Shown here: positions 13,118 to 27,400 of the stretch, piece by piece
Numbering within the stretch: position 1 is the stretch's first letter
Layout: each line of letters opens with the position of its first letter
Position numbers and translations under genes: made by a program
The notes under the pieces: model-generated
Seen by the model: the letters and a program-made list of their open reading frames with translations, nothing else
What the model was told of the DNA's origin: nothing
Databases searched by the model: none
Source: Octopus vulgaris
Lineage: Eukaryota
Assembly (NCBI GenBank): GCA_951406725.2
Contig: OX597824.1
Location: 186,001-250,000 of the forward strand
Direction of reading: 5' to 3'
DNA: 64,000 bases

Positions 13118-13926
13118 AACTGAGGAGGTTTGATATGACTGAAGCATGTTCAGGGTTATCCCTGCACATATCGAAGGTCACACCCACTCCCTACTACATG
13201 TGATCCCTCACCATTCAATTTTTAATTTTAATTCCTGAATTTTAACCCCTTCTTACCCTGCCTTACTTGAGCAGAATTCATTATGAAGCTACTGGGGTTT
13301 CCCTTCCTCACAACAGATGCAATTATAATAAATTAAGCATATTTTACAGTTGTGTTTGCTTCCCATCCTTGTAGTTCCGGGTTCAGTGCCACTGCATGGA
13401 ACCTTATGCAAGTGTCTTCTATGGCCCCAGTATGACCAAAGTCTTGTTGGTGAATTTAGTCGTCAGAAACTGAAAGAAGCCCATCATATAAGGGCACTTC
13501 AAACCTTTCACGCCCTACATTTTCAACTCAGATTCTTCAGACATGTCAGCCTTAGCTATCTTCAAAAGGTTTCAGATGGTGTCAAGCCATTTTCCATGCA
13601 TGGCTGAGTACTTACGAGGTTTGTTTCCAAACCACAGGCTTTCAGGTTTAGTCTCAATGCAAAGTACTAACGAAAGCCTTGGATTTGGTAGATGGAAACT
13701 GAAAGAAGCCTGTATTTGCGAGTGTATGCATACTTCATCAATGTAACTACATGTGCTGTTGGGGATATTTTTGCTTCTCTGGACTTTTCTATTTTCCTTT
13801 CTGATGAAGAACTATGCTCAAAATGTCAAAACCTCTCTTTACTGAGTGTGAAACTAATACATTCCATGTGCACATCTTCTTGTTTGTTATTATGTTTGAT
13901 TTTTTGATTTGACTATATACATGCAT

Positions 13927-13967
<41 letters not shown>

Positions 13968-15093
13968 CTAGCTGGTGTACCCAGTAATTTCCAGGGGTAA
14001 AGATGTTCTATTGAAGCGCCTTATTACTCTGATATAAGAAAGCACTTTCATTATAACTGCCACAAAAGGTGTATTTTCCGTCACGAAAAGTACAAAAACT
14101 GTCAGCTGGAGGAGGGAGACATTGTTGGAGTTTGGTGAGAGACGTTGTTGGAGGTTGGTGAGAGACGTTGTTGGAGGTTGGTGATAGGCTAAGACATTCT
14201 GCTTAGTCAAGCCATCTGGGAATTGTATAACTGCTGTCATTCACAGAGAAACTATTGTTTTACCGTGAGAAAAGTGCTGTGGAATTCTTAAGTGAAATTT
14301 GGCAATCGAGGATCGAATCCATGCTATGCCTGCATGAAGCCACTACAAATACGTTGTGGAATAAAAAATTTATCTTCCATCATGGAAAAAGTGTAACTGT
14401 AAAAATGCAGAATTATCAGAGTAATGAGCATTCAAAAAAAGTATGTATGTATAGAAATGTATGAATGAAGTCCTTAGTGTTTAAGATACAAATTAAGGAA
14501 GTACAATAATAATGTTTAGCAGTTCAAAACTGTGAGTAGAGAAATGCAGAATTAGGTCGGCTGATTGTAAGAATCAAATATTGATTGCTTCGCTAAAATC
14601 TACAGGTGGTATGGGTTATTTCCCTTGGGTTTTTAAAATAAAATATTAGTAATATGTAGTATATAGAAGGATCCATTGCAGGGGCCCTATTATTGATTTT
14701 TTTTTTCAACAATCTAAGTATGTCACGAGGTTTCCAGACATGAGTTCTACTCACGTGTCAAGTAAAGTACAAAAGTGACATTTTCTGCAAAAATTAGAAA
14801 TTGGACACTCAAAAAAATCAATATTCAAAGTAATCACATAAACAATGAAATGGGTTATTTCCCTTGAGTGTTTAAAAAAATATTGTACAGGTGCTATGGG
14901 TTATTTCCCTTGGGTGTTTAAAAAAAATTAGTTATATGAAGTAGATATAAAGTTCCCTTCCAGGAGCCATAATATAGATTTTTTCAACAATCTAAGTATG
15001 TCAGTAGGTTTCCAGACACAAGTTCTACTCACGTGTCAAGTTTCATCAAAATCAATAAAATGATGTAGGAGTGAGCTAACAATGCTACAAACA

Positions 15094-15168
<75 letters not shown>
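13968..15168 (-). mobile_element. Non-autonomous Helitron-like element (second family)
   Basis: Minus-strand 3' end: imperfect hairpin acccctgg-aaatta-ctgggt followed by acaccagCTAG|T (13968-13971). The other end runs through aagtttcatcaaaatc..acaaacaaac into (TA)n-GA. Internal ~160-bp duplication (~14602-14763 vs ~14887-15041). Confidence 0.6.
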
Positions 15169-15187
<19 letters not shown>

Positions 15188-16147
15188 TTGGGTTGGGGAA
15201 GAGTGGATCTAGTAAGACCTGAACTTAGGACCATGCAGTCAGTGGTCAAATACCTTATCCACACAGCGTTTGATAATATAAATGATGTACAGAAAGATGG
15301 ACAATATCTGTGTCCCTTTTGCTGGAGATTGGTGGGGGTAAGCGAGAAAGAAATGACAGTTCATCGGTTGTTGTAGTAAGAAGCAGACCCTCAATGCATT
15401 GATTGACCCTCAACTTGGAAACTTGATCCAAAGGCTTGCAATAGATTGGACCCCACTAAAAGTACTCAAAGACTTGGTGGTGGGTGTTAAAACGTCTATC
15501 ACCAGGCTCATTGGAACTGGGTAGATAGCTTCTATCTAGCTAATTCGACTTGTAAACTTGGACTGATCTGGAGCTGTGGTAGAAGCCACTTGATCAAGGT
15601 GCCATGCATTGGGATTAAACCAAGAATGGTGTGATTGCAAGGGGAACTTCTTAACTTCATAACCATATCTATCAGACATAGAAACTTTTTTGTCCCAGAC
15701 AAAACATTCACAAATATTCATTAGATCATTGGCTCCAGCTTTTTTGCACCATTAACTGGTTCCATGCAAGACAATTTTTCCATGGACCTGAGGATCACCA
15801 CATAACAAAACACAAAGTCCATATCATCGTCGTACGTCGACCTTCCATGCATGCATGGGTAGTACAATTGGCAGGGTTCTAGTGGTTGGATACCTTCCTA
15901 ACACCGACCACTCTGTAGAGTGGACTCAGTACTTTTTACATGGCACTAGCACAGGCAAGGTTAGTTTTAGAAAGGTTTTTACAGCTGGATCCCCTTCCAA
16001 ATGCCAACCACTTTACAGTGTGGACTGGCTGCTTTTTATGTGGCACCAGCACTGGCAAAGTCTCCAATTATGTATACAATTTGTTACTTATATAATGCAA
16101 ATGTAGTTATTACATTTTGTATTATGCCATTTATTTTTACCATAATT

Positions 16148-16196
<49 letters not shown>

Positions 16197-16530
16197 CATG
16201 GCTCAGTGGTGAGAGCATTGGGCTCACAATCATGAGGTAGTGAGTTCAATTCCCAGATTAGGATGTGTGTTGTGTCCTTGAGCAAGACACTTTATTTCAC
16301 GTTGCTCTAGTTCACTCAGCTGTAGAAATGAGTTGTGATGTCATTGGTGCCAAATTGTATTGTCCTTTGCTTTTTCCATGGATAGCATCAGTGGTGTGGA
16401 GAGGGGAGTCTGGTATGCATGGGCGACTGCTGGTCTTCCATAAACAACATTAACCAAAGTTATGCCTTGGAGGAGAACTTTCTAGGTGCAATCCCATGGT
16501 CATTCGTAATTGAAGGGTACCTTTACCCTT
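16197..16530 (+). mobile_element. tRNA-derived SINE (further family, with tccttgagcaagacactt core)
   Basis: A box TGGCTCAGTGG and B box GAGTTCAATTCC; related heads at ~57140-57260 (+) and ~19990-20110 (-). Confidence 0.72.
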
Positions 16531-18537
16531 TACCGTTTTATGTGTTGGTAACACATAAAAAGCACCTTTTGATCGCTGGGCCTCATGGAAGCAACAACAA
16601 ATGACCGAGGCCTTTGGCAATATGCTGTGCTTGAGAAGACCCGTCAAGTGAAATTGTAATCATGATAGATACTGGTGTCATGCATCTGGCACCTGTGTTA
16701 GTGAAATGTAAAAACACCCATTACATTCTTCGAGTGGTTAACATTAGGAAGGACCTCCAGCTGTAGAAAACTATGCTAGACTGGAGTCTGGTGCAGCCCC
16801 TCAGCTTACCAGTCCTGGTGAAACTGTCCAAACCATGCCAGATGGAAAAATGGATGTTAAATGGTGATAATACAACTCAGAATTAAAGAATTTATTCTTT
16901 TTGTGTGGCTCAGTACCAAATGACCATTGACCTAGTTCTGGACCACAACCCTCTGATTGGGGACCATTGTGTTGGAGGAAAAATGACCATCTGGAAAGTT
17001 CTATGCAGTTGCTGTATTTACAGTAGAGACAGACAGAGAGAGAGAAACATAATTCCTTTACATGTCAATTTGGAAATCCAGATTTGTCTGAAACTAATTC
17101 CTATCATCAATGCTGCTAATTCTGTTGAAAGTGGCATTAATGATACAACATCCAGTTTCCTATTCCTTAAATACTTATGGTTCTGTACTTAGTAAAAACA
17201 ACAATAAAAAAAATCAATATTTCATTAAAAAGATGGGAAAGCAACAATAAGCATGAAATCTACGGCCAATTCTGTTTCCAAGCATTGTTTCCTTCTTTCT
17301 TTCTTTTAAAGGGTTAGTTACACAGTATCGAATATTGGCCGAATCTACTTTTGGTTTGGCATTATTGTTTGAGGAGATGCTGTTGTTGTATTTTGAAAGC
17401 GAATGTATTATTATCGTTGTTGCTATTTGCGAGGAGAGGTCTGCTTTAGAATATTGTCATGTGGCATAAATCAATGTCTTCAACTAATTGAAGAGAGAGT
17501 GACTGGCATTTTGTAGCAAACATTATTCATGGAATGGCTGACCTCGTTTCAAACATTCTCACCTCAACAGTAACAAATTAAATATGAAACAATGGTCAGC
17601 AGGAAGAGTCTTATTTTGTGAAGCATTTCTTTGCAGACATGGCTATTTGGTCAAGAAGCTCACGTTGCGACTGTGTGGTTCCAGGTTCAATCCTACTGTG
17701 TGGCACCTTGGGCAAGGGTCTTCTACTACAGCCCTGGCACTGACCAGTGTCCTGTGAGTGGATTTGGGAGATAGAAACAGTGTGTGTGTCCCCACCCTTA
17801 GACACATAACAACCAGTGTTAGTTTGTTTACGTCCACATAGTACTAAGCTGGTACCCATTTTTCAGCTGAGGAGACAGGAATGATATAAAATTAAATGCA
17901 TTGATTGAGGACATAATGAGTCATCCTGTCCAAGAAATTAACTCACAGATTAATGAGCAAGGCTACAAAACCCTAACGACTAGGGTCATACCCTCATATG
18001 CGTCCAGGCATGCATATATAGGATGTGCTTGTGTACCTGTGTTTAAGTTTGCTGAACAAAAGCTGCCTGTGGCTTGAACACCTTTCATCTTCAAATAGTT
18101 GTCTTCTCAATCAAGGCTGATCTGTTGCGAAACACAAAATGTACAAAAAAAAAAAAAATGATACTGAAGACTGATTTTGACGGGAAGCAATTCTTTTTCT
18201 CAGCATCCATTCATGTACGGAATAATTTGATAACCATCAGTCATTTTAAATTTCAAATCCAAAACAAGGGGGCTTTTTAAGTCAGTGATCGTTATCTGGC
18301 CCCTCAAATATTCATTTCAGCATTTTCAGATGTTTTTCTCCTGATTACATTAACCGATGATTAAAAGGGGTTCCTCTCATCACCAAACTGTCTTTTCATA
18401 TATCAAGGACATCATTGTGTCATCATCAAATGTATCCTTCTTTATTTTGGATGTTTGGGTGTGATTCGAAAGAGATTTAGCTGCTATTTCTAATAGATTG
18501 AGCAAATAGTCTTGTTAGAAATAGCAGCTTCCTCATT

Positions 18538-18960
18538 ACTCTTTTATTTGCTTGTCATTTGACTGCGGCCATGCTGGAGCACTGCCTTTAATTGAACAAA
18601 TCAACCCAAGGACTTATTCTTTGTAAGACTAGTACTTATTCTGTCAGTCTCTTATGTTGAACCACTAAGTTACAGGGGATGGCAGTGCCACAGCATGGCC
18701 ACAGCTCAAGAGCTGAAACTGTAAAACATAAACATAAACATCGGTTGTCAAGCGATGGTGGGGGGACAAACACGGACACACCACACACACATACATATAT
18801 ACAATGAGCTTCTTTCAGTTTCTGTCTATCAAATCCACTCACAAGGCTTTGGTCAGCCCGAGGCTATAGTACACTTACCCAAGGTGCCATGCAGTGGGAC
18901 TGAACCCTGAACTATGTGATTGGTAAGCAAACTACATACCACACAACCACTCCTGTGCCA
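18538..18960 (-). mobile_element. SINE family B copy
   Basis: Matches 49755-50165. Confidence 0.8.
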
Positions 18961-19114
18961 TAGTTCATCTTATTTATACAGTAATGTACACCAGGCTTTT
19001 ACTGCCTTGGGTGTCTGTAAGTTGGTAGCAATTTTCCCTCCAGATTTGCGTGTGTGTGTGTGTAGTAATGTACCTTTGTGCTGATATTAGCTTGTTTCTA
19101 CAAAGTCTGTGCAG

Positions 19115-19660
19115 ACACGGTCGTGGTTGAGTGATTAAGAAGATTGCTTTGCAGTCATGTGGTTTTCACTTCCGTTCTATTCTGTTGCACCCTTGGTGGT
19201 AAATGGCTTCTGCCATAAACCCGAGATGACCAAAGCCTTGTGAATGAATTTGGTAGATGGCAACTGTGTGGAAGCCCATTGTGTATCTGCTTTCCAACCA
19301 TGTGGTTTTGGGTTCAATCTCATTGCAGGTGCCTTCTATAGCCCTGGGCCGACTAAAGTCTTGTGAGTGAATTTGGTAGATGGAAACTGTGTCGAAGTTC
19401 AACGCTTCTGTGTGTGTGTGTGTGTGTGTCTTTGTATCTGTGTTTGCCCCCACCTTCCACAACTTCACAACCAGTGTTAATTTTTTTATGTCCCCATAAC
19501 TTAGCATTTCGGAAAAATGATAAACCGATAGAATAAATACCAGACGTACAAGAATTTACCAAAATAAGTATGGGGATCGATTTCTTTGAGTAAACCCTTG
19601 AAAGCTATGCTCCAGCATGGTCGCAGTCCAATAACTGGAACAAGTAAAAGATAAAAGAGA
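19115..19660 (+). mobile_element. SINE family B with duplicated head
   Basis: Two successive catgtggtttt..gaatttggtagatgg blocks followed by the family B tail. Confidence 0.75.
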
Positions 19661-20777
19661 AATATTCATGCAGGTAACCATCTCTCAAGAACCGTATCGA
19701 CACACTTCAATGGATGTGTGTTTATGAAATTATACGATTGATTTCTTCAATTAATAAAAAAAAAATCGATTTCATTTTGAGAATCTTGTGTGCGCACATT
19801 TTTTGCTTTGTGCGTTATTTGTAAAAAGTGTGCGCGCGCACAAGCGCACAGCTTAGAGGAAACCTTGGTCACGAGTAGACGTAGATATCCTCTCGGTACT
19901 CCTACCTTTGACCCAGTGGAGCATCCTGGATGTGACAGCTGCGGAGAGAGAGAGAGAGCTACACCAGCATTCGGTTGATACTCATTTTCATCTATTTATA
20001 CTGGAACAATGTTAAATGAAGTGCTTTGCTCAAGGACACAACACACTGCTTGCTCCAAGAACTGAACCTACCACCTTTTGATTATAAGACGAACATCCTA
20101 AACACTTGTTTCGATTCTTGATTATCGACCACTTCACATAACGTCTCTTCATTAAGAGAGCTGTCTGTACGCGCACGCATACACCACACAGACACACACA
20201 CACAGACAGACAGACACACACTATTTTGTCTATGTATCAAATCGATTACTAAATGGGTTTCTATATGGCCGCTCGTCCTGCTAAAAATAGTAGCCAATAC
20301 CACACTGAAATCATGCAAAGAACGCGTTGGATAATGTGGTCCTCAGGGAAAGACAAAATGGAATGGCCATGGTTAGAATGGCTTTGTTCATTAGAGAGGT
20401 TTGTCTGCTCGATCAGGGCAGACTTCCTAGTCTCGTCACCAAACTAATCACTTCGAGAAGAAGTCAACCAGTTTGCTCCTCTGTCCGCACGGTGCGGAAG
20501 TGTGTCACTTCTGGTGTGTGCATGTCATTAACTCTAAGCATGCTTGTGTGTGTGTGTGTCTGCATACTATGTACGTGTGTGCGATATGTGTGTGCGTGGT
20601 ATTATCTGTGTGTGTGTTCATCTACGTACGTGTGGTGATGGTGGTGATCTCGTATCGTTATTCTTCCTGCTGGCTGTATTACATATTTTTCTGTCGCTTG
20701 CCTTCCACTCACTTAAAAACACACACGCACTTGCTTGTCACTGTCAAATGGTGGTATTGCTACTGCTAAGATACCCC

Positions 20778-20820
<43 letters not shown>

Positions 20821-21119
20821 TGGTGACATCTCCAAGACGCCAAAGATAAGTGCGTGATTAATGCAGTGCACCTTTCGTGTGTATCTCGTGACGTCCACTA
20901 AAGCCGCTCTCCGTATCATTTCCATTCCCTCTTTTATTGCCTCTGCTAACTCTGCATGTGTATGTTCCTATGTACCTAAATGTGTGTACACATGTTACAT
21001 GTGCGTGCAGGTGTGTGTGTGCAGGTATGTATGTATAAATCTGCATGTGCTTTCGTATTTCTGTCAACGGAAACATTTGCTAAGAGCACTTGATTGCGAT
21101 AGTTTTACTGTTATTGTTC

Positions 21120-21186
<67 letters not shown>

Positions 21187-22684
21187 CTCTCCTCTTCTCT
21201 CCTCTTCTCTCACTTATGATTCGGCTTTATTCCCCCACCGCCTTCTCCCTGGAGATTTAAAAGCCACCAAGGATCTGTCCACAAGACAGGCATGTTCCTT
21301 CTCGTGGTAGGTAGTTCTCATGTTTACTCGTTTTCTTGAATGAAAGAAAAATGAATATATTGTATATTTGTTTGGTTATATTTTATGTTTCTTTTTTACA
21401 TCTGTTTGTTTTTTTTAGTCCGTTATTGTATACAACACAAATCTAATCCCCCCCCCCCCGCGCGACACACACACACACACACACACACGTACCGTAATAT
21501 ACACACAATCTTACCATCGTTGTTTTGTCATCTTCGTCGTCGACTCCATACGAATATAACTAGGTGAGAGTGTTGGGGGCTTGGGGAGAATTCCATCATT
21601 TACCGATGATGATGATTTATACCGGAGGCAAGGCCTCTTCAAATATTTAGGGCAACAAGTACAATCGATCGAGTCGACCTCGGTACTTCATTGATGTTTG
21701 CCTTTTCTTCCTTTCGGGATCAATAAAGCAAAGTGAATTGTGATAGAATTCGAATTCGGAATGTAAAGGGACATAACTAAATAAAAGGGCAGGGTTTTGC
21801 CCGCCACTTCCGAATTTCCAGAACCCACTGCTCATCATGACGATGAATATTATCGTCGTCATCGAACATGTAGCACAAAGCCGCAAACTTTGACGGAAAG
21901 GGGTCGATTAATTCGATCTGCACTATTTGATTGTTTATTTTATCGATTTCCTACCCGGATAGATGATCAAAGTCGACAGTAATAGAAAAACCACAAATTT
22001 ATGGGCGAAATGTGTAACCGGTCGAATCGACTCATTTTCGTGCCGGGTGTTTTGAGATTTGTTTATTTATTTATTACTTTGGTGTTGGGTTTTAATTTGG
22101 AAGGAACTTAACATCGACTCCGGCGGGAATTGAACTCGGAACATAGAAGAAAGAAACTAAATTACCACGATTCATTTTATAGTCTGCATATTTTATTTCT
22201 TCCATTCTCATGGTTACAGAAATCGAGAGATGGCTACACATTTGAGGAGAGAGAGAGAAAGCGGTTGATTTTTAAACATTCTTTTTTTTATGGTTTATTC
22301 TGAAGAAGGGCATCATCCATGACTCTTTTTAAGGTCTCGGGACTGGTAGGAGGGAGGGAGGGAAAGAGAGACGAAGTTCTCCTCAGCTCGGGTTCAGATG
22401 TTTGCCGTGGTATAGATTCCACTGAAGGCATCTAAGGGCCAGGTGGAAGTGCTCAACCCGGCGTTGGATTGTGTCGCTACATAACTTGATACTACTTTTA
22501 TTTTGTCTACTCTAGAATTTATGAAGTAAGGTCGATCCAGACCGGATTCGAACTCAGAGCGTACGGTTACATACATAATCAACTACCTGCATTTTGTCCG
22601 TCTTTTTACGGATTCTGCTAATCCACTGATTGCTAATCATTGGTAATGTTAGTAACGAATAGTAATGTCTGCGGATTTTATCTT

Positions 22685-23900
22685 AGGTTAGTCCTGATTG
22701 AGAATGATTATAAGGAAAGGCATTCCAGCCGTAATCATCCGATCTTTTTCTTATTTTAAGGGAACTCTGGAACACATTAGCTAATGTGTCATTTTCTATG
22801 TCGATAAAGTGCAATTTTAGGGTAATTTGGCTGCTATTTCTAACAGGTCGAGAGACCACATAAAGGCCCACTGATTGGTTTGTAACAACAGTGTCTTATA
22901 GTATTGGCACAATGCAACGTATTTTAGGGTACATCTGCAACTGTTCCTTGATATATAATTCAACTTAAGCCTGGTTAACAGTTAAACAAACGAAACACTG
23001 CATGGGACCAGTGATAGAAGAGAGTTTAACTCTATATCAGTCTCGATCCAGTAAATTTTCACTCAGAGGTTCCATATGTGGCCATCCCTTCGTTTTATAT
23101 GTCAGGAACTACATTATCCAACGCACCCCTCTTTCTTTGAGACGGTAGGGTATGATTTACGAGGTATTTTGCTGCTATTTCTAGCATGCTGAGCGACTGT
23201 GTAGTGGATCTCGCATAAGCTCGTCGCTGTTTATCTCCGGGTCAGCCCTGATCAAATAGACAAACTTATGATCACAGACGTTCCAGCTTCGTGACCATCA
23301 TGTCACTGTTTCAAGCTCACCATCTCCCTTTTTTAAGACAATAGGGTGTGACTTAAAGGAGATTTCTCCCTCCTCTTGTGGTGTACCTATGTTTAGTCGT
23401 TGTCGGACACTAAAATAAACCGTTCCCTCTGAGGTGGTGGTCATGATGGTGATTAACGAGGGCGGTGCAGTGATAATCAGTGGAGCGTCAGACAACAAGC
23501 CTTTGCGGCTACTTATTTACGACTCTTTTACGTTCTGCTTTCATCCTTTCCTGATCGATAAAATAGAGGATCCATTCAAGTCCTGGACCCGATATAATTC
23601 AGCTCAAAAACCCACCCCACTCCAAATTTGAAATATTCTGCTTCTTAACAACAACAACAACTACTACTACTACTACTACTTGTGTGTATGTGGTGGTGGG
23701 GATTTATTTTAATTTATTCTTGATCAAGAGGTTCTATGACAAAAGGCCTTCCAGCCTTGATCATCCCGCCTTTTTTCTTTATTTTCTGTGGTATAATGAG
23801 ATTTATATTATACGATGTGCTCCTCCATTTTTTTAAAATGAGGAACAATGTGTGGTTTGAAGAAAGTTTGACTGTTATTCCTAGCAGGTCGATTGACTGT
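22685..23900. repeat. Cluster of a short interspersed repeat (tttggctgctatttctagcaggtcgag / aaggcattccagcc.tgaccatc); also ~20260-20420, 26540-26720, 27890-28060, 53430-53510
   Basis: Recurring motifs in many diverged copies; class not determined. Confidence 0.6.
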
Positions 23901-23904
23901 GGAA

Positions 23905-24413
23905 CAGTGGTTCCCAACATTTTCACTACAAAAGAACCTCCTTTTATTTAAATTATTTTTTTCCGCGGACCAAAAAGCATTTGAAAAGTCTGTCTTACCT
24001 CAATAAATAGTTTTATTAAAGCCGATATACATTCGGTTTTCCTAGTTTCATTTTTGTTTTGTTTTCATCTTTTATTCGGGAGAGACTGGGTAGCTATGCT
24101 CCATTGGCAGGGCCTCCAAGACTGGTGAGAGGGAGAGAGAGGAAGAAAGGAAGGAATCTTCAGAAACGGAAACTTGGCCCCTATCTTAACAATAAAATGG
24201 ACTCTGCGAAAGGCATCCACGATGCTAGGTGATGATGTTAAACCGGGCAAACGATTAAGTCAAGTGTTTGTAAGAGACATGAAACATTGTTGTACATTTT
24301 GTACTGCGACCTTTTAAAATTTCGCCCTCAGTTCACAATTCGCTTGTGTTACTTTTGTGACCCTCACCCCGCGCACACCCGCCAAGGTTCTGCAAACCTC
24401 AGGTTGGAAACTG
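23905..24413. mobile_element. Degenerate hAT-like MITE
   Basis: Left TIR cagtggttcccaac; degenerate right end aggttggaaactg. Confidence 0.4.
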
Positions 24414-27400
24414 CAGGTGTTTAATTACTTTCATTGGTTCGTATGTATGTCGGTGTTGTACAAGTATGTTTAGGGAGTAAGGTAGACTGTAATGATGCAT
24501 TGTTTACGCTTAAGCTTACGGTTTAGCTCCATGTTGTAGCTATTATGCAGTTATAAAGAGATTATAATATTACTGCCATAGTGTTTAGTAACCCATCTCG
24601 ACAACTTCTCGACGTGGGTTTGAATGTGAGGAAACACTCCTTTTCCATTTGCCAAAAGTAGCTGTAAATTAATACCTGTGTTCATGATTTGAAATCTAAA
24701 ATAGGTTCTGAGTGTTTATTCCAATGAGAGACTGTTTTTACTTTTTTTTTTTTTTTTTTCAAAGTTGGAGTCGGTTGTCTCTTCTCTATTTTGGGAACCA
24801 GCGATCAGTTGACTCCTCGCTTAAACCGATCCGATACGGATCCGGTAAAATAATTTTTTTATCTTTTTCATTCCCCACCTTTACTCATTTGTCATGCAAC
24901 TATCATAATCGGATTTTAAGTTCAGATCTCTTCTCGGTTCAAAATAGATTTTCATTCATTTTGGTGCCCGCAAACAACTGGTTCCATGTGCTATCCAAAC
25001 GGTCATAGACTTAAGTTACACCATCGCACACTTTTTCTTTTATACATAAAAAAAAAGGTTTTGTTTTATTGTAATATTTTTATTAGTATCATCTGTATAA
25101 AACGTTAACCTGTGTCAATCATCAATCGTCTTTTTTCAGATATAACATTAACCCAATTTGCACCCTGCCTTTATTTGTTTATATTATTTTTAGACGGTCG
25201 TGTGTGGTTTAGGGCAGTTCTGGTTGTCATTTCTTGTAGCTTTAATGACCGCGTTGAGGTCGCAGCTCATTTACAGAAAACCCAATCAAAGTAATGGGTA
25301 TTAGATAACGGTTTCTGATTTAGACGAAAATCCACTAATTTCGTGCTGAGTGGGTCAGTTGATACCATGAACCTCAATATTTGATGGGTACTTTATCCAC
25401 CCGAAAAGATGAAAGGCACTTCATTAGTAGCTTTGCTTACTAGTCTGATTATTTGTTGTTAATATATATATATTTAATTCTGTGGTTTTCTTTATCTAGT
25501 GATTCATTTGAAGACGAAAATCTAGATATTTTCTGAAGAAGAGATTGTACTACTGACGTTCCGAAGTTATGTGGGCATTCTCAAAGTGTCTTCAATAGTA
25601 GTCCCTCGTGTAGTGAGGACTGGGAGTCAATCGATACGATCAATTCCACCATTACTTGACTGGTACTTTATTTGTTTTATCGATCCTGGATAAGAAGTAA
25701 AGTCGATGTCGGTGCGATTTGAACCCAAGACGTAAAGAGCCGGAAGAAATGCCGTGAAGCATTTTTTCAGAAATTTGCGACGGTGCACAGCAAGGATGAG
25801 TGAAGCACTTTGAAAAGTATAATTTAAGCCTTAAATTAAGTAGCTCTAACATTAATATGGATTTTAAGCTACTTAAAAAGAAATGTCATATAATTTTGCT
25901 AAACAGAAGTTTAATTAACTAAGCAATTTTCTTTTCTTTTTTTTCTGAATTGTTTAACTACTTAAAATCTTAACTTTTCAAAACACGCGAAGTTTGAAAT
26001 TAATTTTTAAAATTCAATCTCTAATGTACCACCAAATCAGAAACAGTGAAGTACAATTTCTTTGCTTTCTGTAATGAAAAGTAAAAGTGGAGAGTAAAAA
26101 GTTTTGTTAAGTGTAATCTGAACTCTTTCTCTTTCACACAACGCTTTCAAATCATATTATATTGTATTATAAATCGTATAAGTGTACAAAAATCTCTTGG
26201 CTGCATGTTAATGGTGTTTACATCTTTTTAAAGGTTGTTTTAATTCCATTATTGTTACAGAGACATTATTTCCCTGTGTTTCTTATAAGTTAAGAACGTT
26301 CACCAAATAGTTATCAATTCAAATCATGAATGACCAGCTACATAAATATTAACTCTAGTTAATATAATACAGTTTGCATTTGAAGTGTATAATGAGACAT
26401 TTTGTATGCAATTGTTAATTATATTTTCATTAGGAAAAGAAAATTAAAAATGCAACATAAATGTATTCAATATATATTTCTTTTGCTATTTGCTAGAATA
26501 TTCTGCGAATCGATCTGAGATTCCGACCTGCTGTTCTTGGTAAACTTCAGGCCAGTTATGATCAAGACCGTTCCAGTCATGACAGCCCAGTTTATGTATT
26601 AAAGACAGTGTATATACAGCTTCATTATCCAACGTTTCATTTTTATTTAAGACAGTAGGGTATAAGTTGAACAAGATTTGACCGTTATTTCTAGCAGGTC
26701 AGGCGACACGTAGAGGCTTCATCGTAGCTGGGTGGTTATCGACATATGAGCAGAATCAATCTACTTTCGGCCCTCGACGTTCTGGGATCAAATCCTACTT
26801 GCGTTTACTTTATTAGTTCTTAAGAAGGTAAGAAGTAGAATAATTAGCAGATACTATTTAATAATTGTACTGATTCACAGAAGCATAACTTTCACATTCG
26901 AACAGGTACCATCGAGCAGTTAAAAGAAACTCCTTTTTAGAATTACCCTACAACTCGCCCTTTCTCGTTCTCTGTTCTTCCTCTTCTTTATACATTTGGT
27001 CATTGACCTGATCAAACGGTAAATAAGTAAATAAATAGCCAGTTTATAAATTGGTTTTTCTCTCGTCAGCCTTGAATGGTTTGAGGCAAAATTTGTCGGT
27101 CGCTAAGTAGGTTGGCTGCTTGATTCGTTTGGCAAAACAACCAAAAATGCAGTTTCTGCCATCTTCGCCGTCTCCACCTTCGTATGTATGTCTACCTGTC
27201 TGCTTGGTGATCTCCAGATGACCGACTATATTTGATATGCCTACAATGGCTGCAGAAATAACACATACTTCCCATGCATTCGCACTCATTCTAACGCAAG
27301 CACATTACCATGCATGTGAGAGTTTGCACACAAACCTACGTTATGTAGAGGCATATAAAGCATTCTCTCTCTCTCTCTCTTTACCTGTCTACCTCTTTCC

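Noticed and set aside
16197-16262. tRNA genes (also ~51020-51095, 61043-61130)
   Set aside because: A/B boxes are present but no complete cloverleaf; they continue into SINE bodies.
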